DNA of 64,000 nucleotides, taken from NCBI GenBank assembly GCA_964016885.1, contig OZ024742.1:135408001-135472000 (forward strand), read 5' to 3'. The stretch comes from Eledone cirrhosa. Its lineage: Eukaryota. A program made the translations under genes and the position numbers. This document shows positions 19,766-38,924 of this stretch, one piece after another (position 1 is the first letter of the stretch; each line of letters begins with the position of its first letter). Below the pieces are notes generated by a model. The model was not told where the DNA came from and ran no database searches. It worked only from the letters and a program-made list of their open reading frames with translations.

Positions 19766-19789
19766 ATATATATATATATATATATATAA

Positions 19790-20078
19790 ATATCTATAAA
19801 AAGGTGGAAGGGGTATTCAAGGGTTGGAAATATGACAAAATTAATAAAAATATAAATGTTTATAACTGATTTAGAGTACTCAATAGTTTCCTGGAGTAAA
19901 TATGATATTAAATGTTTAATACCTTTATATATAATTATATATATATACACATACACACACACACACACACATATATATATACATACACATATACACACAC
20001 ACACACATACATAAAATTACACCACCACAAAATATAAAAACACACACACATATATATACATATATATACATACACATA

Positions 20079-20158
<80 letters not shown>

Positions 20159-20256
20159 ATATATGCATAAATACAACCATATAAAAAACGTGCATATACC
20201 CGCACAATAATTACACACTCACAAAAGTACACATATATATACATATACATATACAT

Positions 20257-20291
<35 letters not shown>

Positions 20292-20748
20292 CACACATAT
20301 ACACACATACATACACATACATACATATACATACATACACACAAAAATAAAGATATATATATATATAAAAGGTGTGTGTGTAAAAGGTAAGATAGAAGGT
20401 AGGTGGGGATGGGAAAAATAAATAACAGGAGAAAAAATATATATAAACATAAGAGGAGATGAGGGAGAAAACGAATATATGGGTACAGAATGTGAGTTCA
20501 GAGAGTAATAATAATCGTAGTGGATGTAAGGCGTAATGAGTAAAGAAGAGTTCAAGGTGTTTGAGTCATCGTAGGAATGTCAATCCACTTATAAAGTAGA
20601 TGTGATTTCAGATGAAGACAACATCTGAAGATTTTCGTCTTGGAGTTAAGGCAAGTGAAGTGTATTTCAAATTTGGGGGAATTCTAAATGTTTCCGTGGT
20701 GCACAAGGAGCAATTCTTTGTGCCCCTTTGGTATTCTCTAGAATGGTC

Positions 20749-20750
<2 letters not shown>
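19790..20750 (-). mobile_element. Naiad-like Penelope C-terminal relic and tail
   Basis: REYQRGTKNCSLCTTE..LNSKTKIFRCCLH resembles FCKLCNLE..LNNRIE..CRH of the 27.7 kb ORF. Confidence 0.55.
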
Positions 20751-20826
<76 letters not shown>

Positions 20827-20884
20827 TGAGAGAGAGAGAGAGAGAGAAATATATATATATATATATATATATATTAATATATCA

Positions 20885-21256
20885 TCTATATATATATAAA
20901 ATGAGTATGTGTGTGTGTCTGTGGACAACTAGGCAAAGCTAAGGCTTTTACAATTCCCAACCGAACTTGACCAAATTTTCTGTGCACGGTGCACCTAATT
21001 TTCAAATCCCCCGTTCACCAATAACAAATCGATAGCAAAATTATTTTTTCTAAAGTGTCCTGTTCAGTGTTTTCCTTCATTATCAGCATAGTTTTATGTG
21101 TACAAAGATTGCACTGAATATTCGTTTGCATTAATTATTGAAAACTTCTGCTTATTTTGATAGGTTGGGGACAAATAATTGTTTTCTTTTACTTCCTTGT
21201 TGTATATTCTTTTAACATAATTTCGAACCACGGGCAACGCCGGGTAAATCTGCTAG
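20885..21256 (+). mobile_element. Non-autonomous Helitron-type element
   Basis: A|TCTATATATATATAAAA start; cgggcaacgccggg then CTAG|T end. Confidence 0.7.
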
Positions 21257-21339
21257 TCTATAATATAAATATATATATATGTAATATGTATATATATACA
21301 CACACACATATACGCATACATATATATGGATATATATTC

Positions 21340-24700
<3,361 letters not shown>

Positions 24701-24709
24701 GTGTACATA

Positions 24710-25700
24710 ATGCTCCATTTGTTAATTTCATGTGTATATTCTCTACATGTAATGTTGAGATAGTAACGTGTGTATGTAGTTTTCTTCATGATACTGCAAT
24801 CGCTTTTTTTTCTTTGCACATTTTTAAAAGGATGTTTGTTTTTTTTACCTTGTAATTGTTGATAAGCAAGGAAAGCTCTTTTTGTAAAGTGTCGAATAAA
24901 ATATCTTAGAGTCTTTAACTCTATGATTTTACATTTCAACCTCATAATCTTCAGGTTGTGATTTTATTATTTGTTTCTCTAAGTTTAAGAAAATATATGC
25001 TATTAATACCCATAGGATCTTCGAAGTTGAAGTAACCTTGATGCTATTGGTTACCAACTACGGGTCCGTTTATGTGTATTATGATAATATTTTAGTTGTT
25101 CTAATGGAGGTTTAGTAACTTTCAATGCATTGACAGCATAAACACCCGACCTTTGTTTGATTACGTTTCCACTTGTTTCCAAAAGCCATTGTTCTGCTAT
25201 TTTTCAAGCTAAGACATTAACCACACCTTGCATATCAATTTGTAATTGAAGGTTCAAGAGCTCTGATTTCCCCTTTCACTAACTAAGCGAAGAAGTGTAT
25301 TCTCTGTGGAAGATGACCCTTCGGATATAATTCATCGATATCTAATGGAATGAAGTCTCCACAATTGTTTGTTGCTTTGATGTTCTTTCACAATGGTTTT
25401 CAATACAGGAATATCTCTATTCTGCGTTTGTTTACAGACCATGTAGCAAAAGCATTATATTTCCATTGCACAGATTACTGGCCTGCTTCGATTTAATTCG
25501 GGTATTAGTCACAATATATCTAAAACAATTAATTTTTTTCTCTGTATAATTATATTCCCTTTTTAGAATTTACTATAATTGTTTCATCTTCTCTAACGAA
25601 CTACTATTACGAATATAACAATACTTAAATGTTCTGCTAACTAGCGCTGAACTTAAGGCGCCCAATGAGACAGAAATGTCGATATTTTCAGATAGATAGT
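24710..25700 (-). mobile_element. Highly decayed Naiad/Penelope RT relic
   Basis: DFIPLDIDELYP (25321-25357) resembles KFIQFDIDEYYS of the young element; boundaries approximate. Confidence 0.4.
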
Positions 25701-25789
25701 ATAATCTATAAAAATTTATTGCATTAAATAATTTCTTCTATAAAAAACAACAATAAATGATATGACTATGCCAAAAGTATTTGTTCTTA

Positions 25790-25877
25790 TTATTATTTCG
25801 CTATACTGAATATATTTTCTTATTATTTCGCTATACTGAATATATTTTCTTATTATTTCGCAATACTGAACATATTT
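25790..25877. repeat. 30-bp tandem repeat, about 3 copies
   Basis: ttattatttcgctatactgaatatattttc repeated. Confidence 0.9.
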
Positions 25878-26394
25878 ACAGATCAATCAAGAAAACGCGA
25901 AACTAATTATGTTATATATTCTGATACCTTCATTGTACTTACATTTAAACGATATTGCATAACATTGGAACTATGTTTATTGATTATTCAATTGAAAGGA
26001 AATGGCAATAACCATGAAAGGTGTGACACTGTCACTGACTAACATGGTGGAGAAAAAAAACGGCTTTATCAAATCCTAGACCACGTTCAAATTCTGATGA
26101 TAGAGAGCGTTGTGTTAAAGACACCAGAGTGGTGTATTCAAACCTGGAGAGGATTGGGCTCGGTCAGGTTTTAACATGCCCTAGAACCCCCGTATGTCAA
26201 CACGGTTCCCTAGAAACGCCGTATGTCAATACGATGCCCCTACGTCCCTCTCGGAGTTTGCGTGACTATGCATACACATTTTCACTTTATAAAGAAAGAA
26301 AATGCTGTTGTTCCATTTTTTTTATTTGAAGCAATTAAATTATATATGTATACAATTATGTTTGTTTAGTATAAGGAATTGAATACTAATATAT

Positions 26395-26455
<61 letters not shown>

Positions 26456-26602
26456 TATTTTCCGTTGTGTTGTAATATAAATATTACACACAGTAGATTA
26501 TCAGCTCACGTAGAGTTTGCTCGACGGTTCCAGTTGTAGTTCCAAAAGTAATCCGGAGAAAAATAGAAACATTTGAATGGATACAGTTTAGTTGAAAGGA
26601 AT

Positions 26603-26719
26603 TTATTGACACGTGTTTCTATAACAGTTACATAACCTAAAACAGCTATCTACAAACTTTTAGTTATGCAGACATTCAATATTTCAATGTTATTATTTAC
26701 TGTCATTTCATCAGAATAA
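26603..26719 (-). ncRNA. Type I hammerhead ribozyme in the 3' pLTR
   Basis: ttatt-CTGATGA-aATGACAGT..ACTGTTATa-GAAA-CACGTG-TC-aataa; palindromic stem III ACACGTGT, GUC site. Confidence 0.8.
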
Positions 26720-27303
26720 TATTACTGAGGACCTATTTAGTTTTTATAGAGAATATTAGGAGGGAGGGGTGAAGTTGTTAGAAGAATAGTTGAAGGAGTG
26801 GTTTTTCGATAGCAGTGAGAATTCTTGGTGGCAGTGAGTAATTAGATTCCCATCTGTTGTTTTGACATTTTTTATGGAATATATTATTGGTTATTTTTCT
26901 AAATCTATAGAAGGATTAGAGATAGTAAAGATATGCGTGGTTGGTTTTGTGTTTGCACTTAACATTCAGACTTAAATTTTTCTTTCAAGTGTACGTATTC
27001 TTTCACCCACGCATTCACACAAATATATTTGCACACCTCTACAAAATACATATACTCACAATTCACATATTCATACTTACATATATATACACATGCATAC
27101 ACATATATATACACACATGTATTCATGTACATACATACGCGCTCATGTGTATACATTTTCATACTCAACTTATCTTTATATATACACACGTATAGACACA
27201 CACATATATACATACATACTCTAGTCCATGTGTACACACATACGCATACATACACATCCACATACACATACATACATACACATATATATATATATATATA
27301 CAT

Positions 27304-27350
<47 letters not shown>

Positions 27351-27373
27351 CCCACACACACACATATACACAT

Positions 27374-27404
<31 letters not shown>

Positions 27405-27673
27405 AGCACTTTAATACATGAATACACTTACATCTAACTATACACATCAAACATATATATATATTTACTTATTTATATACATTTTCACATATATATACAT
27501 ACTTATGGACGTTTTTAGACACATTCATTATCGCATATTTGTACCTATTCTCATCAGCATATCTTTTCATTATTAGTATGGTAATTTAAGGTTATTAATA
27601 TATGTTGAGAAGAGATTGTTTTTATATTTTTCTAACTAGATTAAGGTTTATATAGTTGGGGGATGTCCCTCTT

Positions 27674-29996
27674 TTATGTAATATTCGGCTTGTAGTGGGA
27701 AAAAAGGGTTTTAGTTCTGTGACGGCAGAATAATGTTCGTTCAATTCTGTTATTCAGCAGTTTCTTCTTGTGTGTGATTATGTAATAAATCTCAAGATTA
27801 CACAATTTGCAGAAATTTTGGCTCCTGGAAAAGCTTTGGGTTTTAGCTAATTTCTCCCATTTTAGGGTAAACTTTTGATTGCTATCCCTGAGCGTCCAAG
27901 CTTTTTCTGCTAAAGTTGTTACATTTCTTTGGCTCTGGTGTTTTATTGAGTAAGAATGCCTATACAATCGAGATTTAAACGATGTTGCCGTTGATCCCAC
28001 GTAATACCACTCGTTGCCTCCGGATTTAATGGTACACTTATAAATAATATTTTTTTCCAGGCAGTTATTGCCGAGGGGGCAGTTGTCAGGATAGGTGCAG
28101 TTACAGTTGTGTACGTTGGGTTTTCTCTGGAGTAGTATTGCGGACGAACTTAGGTGTGGTTTATTTATGTTCTGTAGTGTATTGTCTACTGTTTTTTGGG
28201 GGTTCTTTGTACTTAAGTTCTTAGTGTTTTCGTTTAACCTTCTAGTATTGATCTTTTTTATGTGTTGTTCAAGGTTTAACGCTGTAGAGTATGACAGTCT
28301 TATAGTGGTAGGGTTTAGGATTTTGTGGTATTTGTGTGATGTGGGAAAATGTCTTTTAATTATTTTAAAGAAGAGTACTGGTAAATTTGTACTAATGGAG
28401 CTATTGTATTCGGGGTTATACCATAAGTACTCTTTGCATCGCTTTCTATTAGTTTTGTTTGTTGGTTTACTGGTGTGCATACTATGGTAGTAAGTGTGGT
28501 TTGGTGTTGTGTTATTATATCTACCTATGTGGGATTTATTTTGGGTGTTTTGATTGTTCCCATCTATGTACTCTATTTTGTTGAGGTAGCCTGCTTTACT
28601 AAGGGCGTTATCGTAGTACTCGGCGTGTTCCTTAAATACTTGTATGTTAGAAGATAGACCCGAGATTCTAAGGGAAATATTTTTAGGGATAGATTTAATT
28701 ATAGAGATGGGGTGGTTAGACCCAACATTTACGTATTTGAGATTTTCATTCAATTTATGAAACGGTTTAATCAAACCAGAGTTTAAATTGAGTGTGACAT
28801 CCAGGAAGTTAACTACTTTAAGGTTGTATTCATATGTTATAGTTAGTCCTATTTCGAGTAGTAGTTTTCTTATATCTTTGCGTAGTTTTTCTAGTTTTTG
28901 GTTATTAAGGTTTTTAGCTAGGAGGAGCACATCGTCGCGGTATATTCCGCCGTGGAGATTGCTGAATTTTTCCTGGAGTCTAAAGGCGATAAATAACCCC
29001 ACAATATCAGTTATTTCCGCCGAATCGTTAGAGCCCATTGTTATGTCAAAGTTAGAGGGTCTATCTTTACGTACCCAATAACTGTTCTCAAATTTGACTA
29101 TAGTTTTCCTAGCTTCTAATATAATCATAATTTCATCGTTTGTAAGGTCAGAGTTATCCTTAGCAAACTTAATGGCTCTATTCAAAGTTTCAGGTGATAT
29201 CGATGAGTAATATTCATCGATATCAAACTGGATAAACTTAGATTTATTCTTATTGCTAATGCTATTAAACCATCTTATTGCTTCTTGGGTCTTCCCCCAG
29301 AGTTTAATGTTAACCTTAGCCTTAATTTGGGGGATGATTCTATCTAAGATATATTTGCTTATTTTACCTATATCTGATTTAGAGGGGCAGATTAATCTTA
29401 TTTTAGGGTCATTATCAAAGTTTACCTTGTGGTCCTTAAGATTGAAGGTGGGTACCGCCGGTAAGAGTGGTCCTGTCCTATCTTCGATTCCGAGATTTTT
29501 CACTATTTCGCATGCCTCATCATTGATGTGCTTAAGGGTTACTTCACTCGTTTTTCTATATTTTTTATGTAATTCTTTTCGAATGAAGTTGTTGTATGTA
29601 GTGCAATCCATAGTGTACAGGTTTGATGTTTTGTCCGCTTTTACTACAATTCCTTTGGTGTTTTTAAGGTCGTCCAGTAGTTTTTTTTATATCTTTCTGT
29701 AATTTGCTGTTGGTGTTGCGTCCTTTGAATTTAGTTTTAAGGATTAAGTTCATAAGGTCCTGCTCAAATGCATCTAATAGTGGGTTGGTGGGTGGGTTTT
29801 TACAAGTCCTAAAACCGAATTTGTTGTTTACACCACTTTCTAATGTTGAGTTCATACGGCTTCTATCATAGTGGAGCGTTTTCCACCTGACACGTCGAAT
29901 GAATTCATTAGTTTTTTGAATCATGCTCAATAAATATTCCTTTCTACCTTGGGTTGGTATGTTTTTGAGTGACATATCCAGGTAGTGTTTTTCCAT
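27674..29996 (-). CDS. Penelope-like RT + GIY-YIG endonuclease, about 773 aa, with one frameshift in an A8 run (29681-29688)
   Basis: SLKNIP..FIRRVRWK N-terminus; ADKTSN, FDIDEYYSSI, MGSNDSAE, YRDD, FLDV; CNCTYPDNCP..C; IIYKC..YYVGST..R; CKLC..CRH. Confidence 0.9.
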
Positions 29997-30200
29997 TGTT
30001 GTGGTTGCGTTTGCTGTGTGGGTTGCTCGACTTTACAGGAGGTAAATATACAGTATTTTCCGTTGTGTTGTAATATAAATATTACACACAGTAGATTATC
30101 AGCTCACGTAGAGTTTGCTCGACGGTTCCAGTTGTAGTTCCAAAAGTAATCCGGAGAAAAATAGAAACATTTGAATGGATACAGTTTAGTTGAAAGGAAT

Positions 30201-30317
30201 TTATTGACACGTGTTTCTATAACAGTTACATAACCTAAAACAGCTATCTACAAACTTTTAGTTATGCAGACATTCAATATTTCAATGTTATTATTTACTG
30301 TCATTTCATCAGAATAA
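30201..30317 (-). ncRNA. Type I hammerhead ribozyme in the 5' pLTR (identical copy)
   Basis: Same sequence as 26603-26719. Confidence 0.8.
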
Positions 30318-30901
30318 TATTACTGAGGACCTATTTAGTTTTTATAGAGAATATTAGGAGGGAGGGGTGAAGTTGTTAGAAGAATAGTTGAAGGAGTGGT
30401 TTTTCGATAGCAGTGAGAATTCTTGGTAGCAGTGAGTAATTAGATTCCCATCTGTTGTTTTGACATTTTTTATGGAATATATTATTGGTTATTTTTCTAA
30501 ATCTATAGAAGGATTAGAGATAGTAAAGATATGCGTGGTTGGTTTTGTGTTTGCACTTAACATTCAGACTTAAATTTTTCTTTCAAGTGTACGTATTCTT
30601 TCACCCACGCATTCACACAAATATATTTGCACACCTCTACAAAATACATATACTCACAATTCACATATTCATACTTACATATATATACACATGCATACAC
30701 ATATATATACACACATGTATTCATGTACATACATACGCGCTCATGTGTATACATTTTCATACTCAACTTATCTTTATATATACACACGTATAGACACACA
30801 CATATATACATACATACTCTAGTCCATGTGTACACACATACGCATACATACACATCCACATACACATACATACATACACATATATATATATATATATACA
30901 T

Positions 30902-30962
<61 letters not shown>

Positions 30963-31275
30963 CCCACACACACACATATACACATACACACATATATATA
31001 TATATATATATAAGCACTTTAATACATGAATACACTTACATCTAACTATACACATCAAACATATATATATATTTACTTATTTATATACATTTTCACATAT
31101 ATATACATACTTATGGACGTTTTTAGACACATTCATTATCGCATATTTGTACCTATATTGAAATATTGAATGTCTGCATAACTAAAAGTTTGTAGATAGC
31201 TGTTTTAGGTTATGTAACTGTTATAGAAACACGTGTCAATAAATTCCTTTCAACTAAACTGTATCCATTCAAATG

Positions 31276-31307
<32 letters not shown>

Positions 31308-31420
31308 CGGAAAAAAATGAAACGAAATTTCATACGTACTTACGTACGTATATATATGTGTGCATGTATGTATATATATATACATACTACTGTACCTCCT
31401 GTATACCTATATGTATGTAC

Positions 31421-31536
<116 letters not shown>

Positions 31537-31668
31537 GTTTAACAAGGTTCAATGAATTAATCAATGAATAAAGTTTCTGCCATGACTGTTTCTGCCATAA
31601 GGTTTCTGCCAGACTGCCATGACTGAATTATAACCATCAACATTTTCAAGGTATGTCAGGCATGAACT

Positions 31669-31734
31669 TATTTTATCTGATGAGGACGTACTGTTGAAAT
31701 AGCTCAGTACCTCTGAAATATGTATAATAAAATA
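31669..31734 (+). ncRNA. Minimal type I hammerhead ribozyme
   Basis: tattttat-CTGATGA-GGAcGTACTG..CAGTACcTCT-GAAA-TATGTA-TA-ataaaata; 8-bp stem I, AUA site. Confidence 0.75.
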
Positions 31735-31776
31735 TATTTGATCACATGAATGTCTATATTTATTAATATTTTGAAG

Positions 31777-32330
<554 letters not shown>

Positions 32331-32571
32331 AAAATCGATAATTGAATACGCACGTGCGTTATTTTCTTTTTCTTTTCTGTTTTGTCCGTTACTTCCACTC
32401 TCCACTCTGTCTTTCTATTTTATTTTATATTTCTTATTCTATCTGCTGATGAAGGATGAGTACCCGAAACGCTAACATCATTTCCTGTTAATTCAAGCGT
32501 TAAACTAATATATTTCTTCAATGTACTGTTTAGTTAGCTTTTTTTTAATTTCAGTTCACCTTTTACATACA

Positions 32572-33067
32572 TCTATATATATATATAAAGTTGTAGTTAC
32601 TATTTGTTTGTTTTTTGTTTCTTAGTTCACGAACTCTTCCTATGGTTTTGGAGATAGACCCCTATAACCATATATATTCTGAAACTACATTGTACTTGGA
32701 TAAGTATATTCAATTTAAACAATGAGTTCCCTCGGAGCACAAACCCCCGCTGAAATTCTTTTCCCTTCGATTTATATGAAATTTTAACCATAGGTAAATG
32801 ACAAGATATGCCTATTCACAAAATTGCAGCCAATTTCACTAATATTAAGACACTCTAAGGGGTGTTAACCCCCCTATAGTGAACATTTTGGAAGCCCATA
32901 ACTATCTATGGCAAAACATCACTAGAATTATGACAACAAAAATTATTAGTTAATGCCTTTACTCTTTCAACATTTTCTCATAAATTATATCATGATTTAA
33001 AATCAATCATCATTTTCTTATAAAAAAAAATGTGTGAAACGCAGCAAGACGAGGGTAATTCGACTAG
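32572..33067 (+). mobile_element. Helitron-type non-autonomous element
   Basis: A|TCTATATATA..AAAG start and CTAG|T end; hairpin degraded. Confidence 0.55.
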
Positions 33068-34182
33068 TATATATATAAATGTATATAATTATATTCGTGT
33101 GTAATATGTTATATCATTGAAATTATGAATTATAAATATGTAATTTGATATAAAAGGCATATTTTGCATGTGCTATGCAATATATTTGGCATAATCAAAT
33201 GACAGTAGATTATAATTATGTCTACAGAGGGAGACCAAGGGTAGCAGTTTTGCTGCCAACACAGAGAACGAAATATTAAGAAGAGGCAAATAAGTCGAAC
33301 TCATTGGAACACATTAGGGAAGCATGCATTTAGAGGGGGCGGTAAATATCTAATGTTAATGATGATGATAGGTCGATTGTTAAGGACGATGATGATGCTG
33401 ATGTCGATTGTGGTGGTGAGAAGGATAACGAATGTACAGTATATAGTTTATTGTAAGTATAACATTTAGTCTAACTAAGAACAATTTGTTTAGTCGACAG
33501 ACTTTTTCTTCATTTTTAAGTAGTTAGTGTCATTTCTAGGGAGCTGCTGGTTGCTCCTTCTTGAGCGAGCAACCACAAAGTGTATCCCACATTGGCTAGT
33601 GTTGGTGTTAACGTGCCAGCTTCAGAGTAATAGTTGCCATCGTTACATAGCTGTTGCATATTTGTATTGTTAATTTTTTTTTTCTTCTTCGCCTTTGAAA
33701 ACTGAATTCTGGAGTGAAACAAGCCTTGCAATCGCATGCGTATGCATATAGAAACTTGCACATTTATATGCAAGTGACTGCATTTTACCACAAAGGCGCT
33801 GAACATGCATTCTGCATGTTTCTTCATCGATATTACGAAGAATAAAAAGCAACAATAATCAACTATATATAAATTTCCACATGAGTGATCAGAGATATGA
33901 AAAATTACAATATTTATTCATGTAAGCATTACACATCTTACAAGAGCATGTTATCATAAGATAACATATATGTGTAGGTGGTTGCTTGCACAAACGGCGG
34001 ACATATAAATCCCATAGTTTTACACTACACTTACATACAAAGATGTAAACCGAGCCTGGTACACAAAAATGTATACGCACACACACTCGTACACACACAC
34101 ACACATACACGCACGCACACACTTACAAATGCACTCACAGACACACACACACATATTTATATATATATATATATATCATATA

Positions 34183-34223
<41 letters not shown>

Positions 34224-34379
34224 CCAGTAGCACTAAGACAGCGTGAAGCCTTATAGGGATGTATATTGAAGATGTACACTGTATTTTTATATACATAATC
34301 GGATGGGATGCTGACTATCAGAGAGTGTATATATATATATATTTTTTTTTTTCTCGCTTTTGCTCTGTGAAAACTTTAA

Positions 34380-35700
<1,321 letters not shown>

Positions 35701-35999
35701 AGTGTGTGTACATCAAATCGAAAGTAAATAATTACTAAACCAAAAATAAATATGACCACCAAGCCAGAGAATGTTGAAGAACCAAAAGTCTGAAATAGTT
35801 GAGCCAGTGCGCTATCGTTCTACAGACCGAAAGATTAATGGCTACTGACCTGACACAACAACTACACGGCCTTGTTAGCTATAGTCAACATACTTAACTG
35901 TCGCGATGTTATTCACCTTCTGTCTGGTGTGACCACCAGGCAAGCTAATTCTTAAACAGTAAGATATTAAAATTATTTCAAGAAAGCTTATTTGTCACA

Positions 36000-38058
36000 T
36001 ATATATTTATACTTTAATAAAAGTACTTATTGTTATTGTATATGCTCCTACTACTTTCCGGTAATTATCTTCTTTTATCTGTAGCAAGGATAAATAGGTG
36101 GTGTCCTGGACCCACGAAATATTTTCCTACTCAATCCGTTCGGAAATGGTTCTTTAAGTGAATCGTCTGCACCAATCTTCATGAACGGCATTTGCTATTT
36201 TTCTCCGTTGATAAAATTGAAATATTTACACGATATGTTGTGTTTTCTAGGACTATATATTTTAATGTGACCTTTCTTTTTTAACACAATGAGGTGCATT
36301 AGGATGAAATTTAACTGCTATGCTTCGTAGGATGAGTATCACGGTAACGGTACACGTTCCTTCTTTTTGTCTTCGTCTTTATTTCTGATCCGTGCTCTTC
36401 TGCACATCGGTTAATCACTAAATCATTCTAATATCTTACATTTTATTTCTCAGTGAGAAAAGATTGATCAACCTTGCCCTGTCCCTGGAGAAAGAAATAG
36501 CATGAATTGTTTGTCATAACCCTCCCCATAGTGCAACGCAATATATCCCGGGTGTGAAATTTATGAAAGAAAAATTGTTTTCTGTAAGAGTTGATTGAAC
36601 TCAGGGTGCAGAGAGATAAGACAAAAGTATAAGTCACTCTGTCCGACGCTCTGTTTCTGAGAAATCGGCGACTCGATATGAATTTCTTTTAAATGTTGAT
36701 AATCATCCGGGCTAGAGAGAAATCAGCGCCTTAGACCCTTTATTTTTTCAGGGCATGTGAGGCTGCTGAGTGGCAAGAAATTATCTTCACACCACTGACC
36801 TACCCTGAAAATGTGTAATAAAGTGGTGTACAGTTCACTAAATGTGGCCAATTTTCACGTCTGTCACCCAAGTATACTACAGCAGCAATTGAACTTATAC
36901 CACATGGCACTGATTAATATTTAAAGGCAAAAGTTGAGCCACATATTCTTACGACCATTGAGACGTAAGAGCACTAAAACTTATCAAACCATCTGTAGAG
37001 CAGCACCCAGAATTGAACATTTTAAAATATCATTCGATGATTATCATTTCCGAAATGATAATGAAACACATGCTGCTTTGACGATGTTGACGACACCAGA
37101 GCCACTGCTTATGGTTTGAATTTATTTCATTTCCTTATGGAATATTTGGGCCTACTTGTTGCTAATAAGTAAGTCAAAACTCCTCGTACTTCTCAGTTAC
37201 AGTAGAAAACATATCGATTAAAAGCCTCATCATTAAATAATTGTTTCTACTTCTGGCACAAGGCCAGCAATAATCCAGTGTATTACTGGTACTTTATTTT
37301 ATCGACCCCGTAAGGATGAAAGGCAAAGTTATAATGATGTGAGATATGCCTGCTTTCATTCAAATTTGTCAAATAAAGAAAACTCGAACAACTTTTAAAA
37401 ATTATTAAAACCGTCAGTGTATCCATTGATAGAAATAATTAGTCTTTTACCTTTCAGTAGATAAAAAAAGTATATTCTAAAGAAAGAGAAAGATGGATAT
37501 GGTTGAATTTCAAAATGTTTCCAAATAAATAAAAATATGCAATTCTGTCTTACATTGATTCGAGCAATTTTTGTTTGATTAAATAGCAAAGATGCATATT
37601 CATATGATATTGCCTGCACAACGTATTGTGGTTGAGATCATTTCTCTCTAATATCAGATATTAAATATGCTCTGAGTAAATAACGTGGAGTATCACAACG
37701 GTAATAGAACCTTCTGGCTGAAATAAGTTGCCGGGTGGTTTCCAACAAGCTATCATGCTTGTAAGTTAGGCTAGAAAAGAATACAGTATTCTAATACTAT
37801 TCTTTGTATTTTGGCTTCTAGCAAAATGACTTGTCTAAATATGTAAACACAACCCAGGAGTTTCTCAAAACAGAAATATGAGAAACATAGATTTACATAC
37901 AATGCATGCACAAACACATACGCGTGTGTGTCTGGCTATATGAACCAATACATGCATAAATATTTTGAAGAGGACATAGTTGGATGGAAAAGAATTAGTG
38001 TGTAATGTAAACATACGTATGTATTCAAGGAATTTTACTGGAATGTTCACAACAGAGA

Positions 38059-38100
<42 letters not shown>
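36000..38100 (-). pseudogene. Decayed Toll-like receptor remnant
   Basis: [48 protein letters not shown]-like TFVLSLCTL, TIR-like KIANAVHE. Confidence 0.45.
37236..37331 (-). mobile_element. tRNA-derived SINE 3' fragment (Meta-like core)
   Basis: ctttcatccttacggggtcgataaaataaagtaccag, shared with the full-length copies. Confidence 0.75.
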
Positions 38101-38113
<13 letters not shown>

Positions 38114-38141
38114 CGTGTGCTCATGTATGTACACGCGCGTG

Positions 38142-38188
<47 letters not shown>

Positions 38189-38204
38189 AATATATATATA
38201 TGTG

Positions 38205-38239
<35 letters not shown>

Positions 38240-38659
38240 ATTTATTTATTTTTACATACACAATAAGACTGTATATGTGCACATACTCTATATAGCATAT
38301 TCATTAAGTGAAAATTTAACACACCGGATATTGTTCTCTGGGTAAAAGAAAAGAGAAAAATTTAATTGTTCAGAAGATGTAAACACAGAATATAAATGAG
38401 AAAGTGAATGACTATGGGCAAATTAATTAATGAATGGAAACACTTGCTCAGATTATAAGTTGAAAATCATTAACCATAAGATTATTGGGATACATAGCTA
38501 TGTCATGGAATACATAAAACCTTGCCTGTATAATAAATGGCGAATTTCAATAATGAAATTTATGCTGGAGTATATTAAGTCACGTGCTGCATGCACAATA
38601 TAAATATAGGATAGATCACCACAAACGTACACGCACGCAAACACACACACACACACACA

Positions 38660-38709
<50 letters not shown>

Positions 38710-38797
38710 CACATACATACACACACATACTCATAGCAACAGCAACCTCATAAAGAAGAACAAAAATAATATTACTACTACTACTACTACTACCATT

Positions 38798-38913
38798 AAT
38801 AATTGTTTCTACTTTAGGCACAAGGCCAGCAATTAACCAGTGCATTACTGGTACTTTATTTTATCAACCCCGTAAGGATGAAAGGCAAAATGAACCTCAG
38901 CGGGATTTGAACT
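38798..38913 (-). mobile_element. SINE fragment, same family
   Basis: Near-identical to the 3' half of 59751-59939. Confidence 0.75.
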
Positions 38914-38924
38914 ACTGCCATTAA

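Larger units (their letters stand above)
26451..31282 (-). mobile_element. Near-intact Naiad-type Penelope-like retroelement: direct pLTRs at 26451-27548 and 30049-31156, inverted partial pLTR at 31157-31282, flanked by (TA)n
   Basis: About 1.1-kb direct repeats offset by 3598 bp, differing by one visible SNP and microsatellite length; RT + GIY-YIG ORF between them. Confidence 0.92.

Noticed and set aside
25790-25877. CRISPR-like array
   Set aside because: Head-to-tail 30-bp repeats without spacers, in eukaryotic DNA.
27480-27673. SECIS element or selenoprotein coding, as known for some Naiad elements
   Set aside because: There is no in-frame TGA in the ORF and no convincing SECIS stem downstream.
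32440-32480. CTGATGA-aggatgagtaccc-GAAACGCTA hammerhead
   Set aside because: Stem II has only about 2 bp and stems I and III do not close; at best a dead relic.
36744-36812. Hairpin ttttcaggg..ccctgaaaa as a pre-miRNA
   Set aside because: Inner pairing is poor and there is no recognisable mature sequence.
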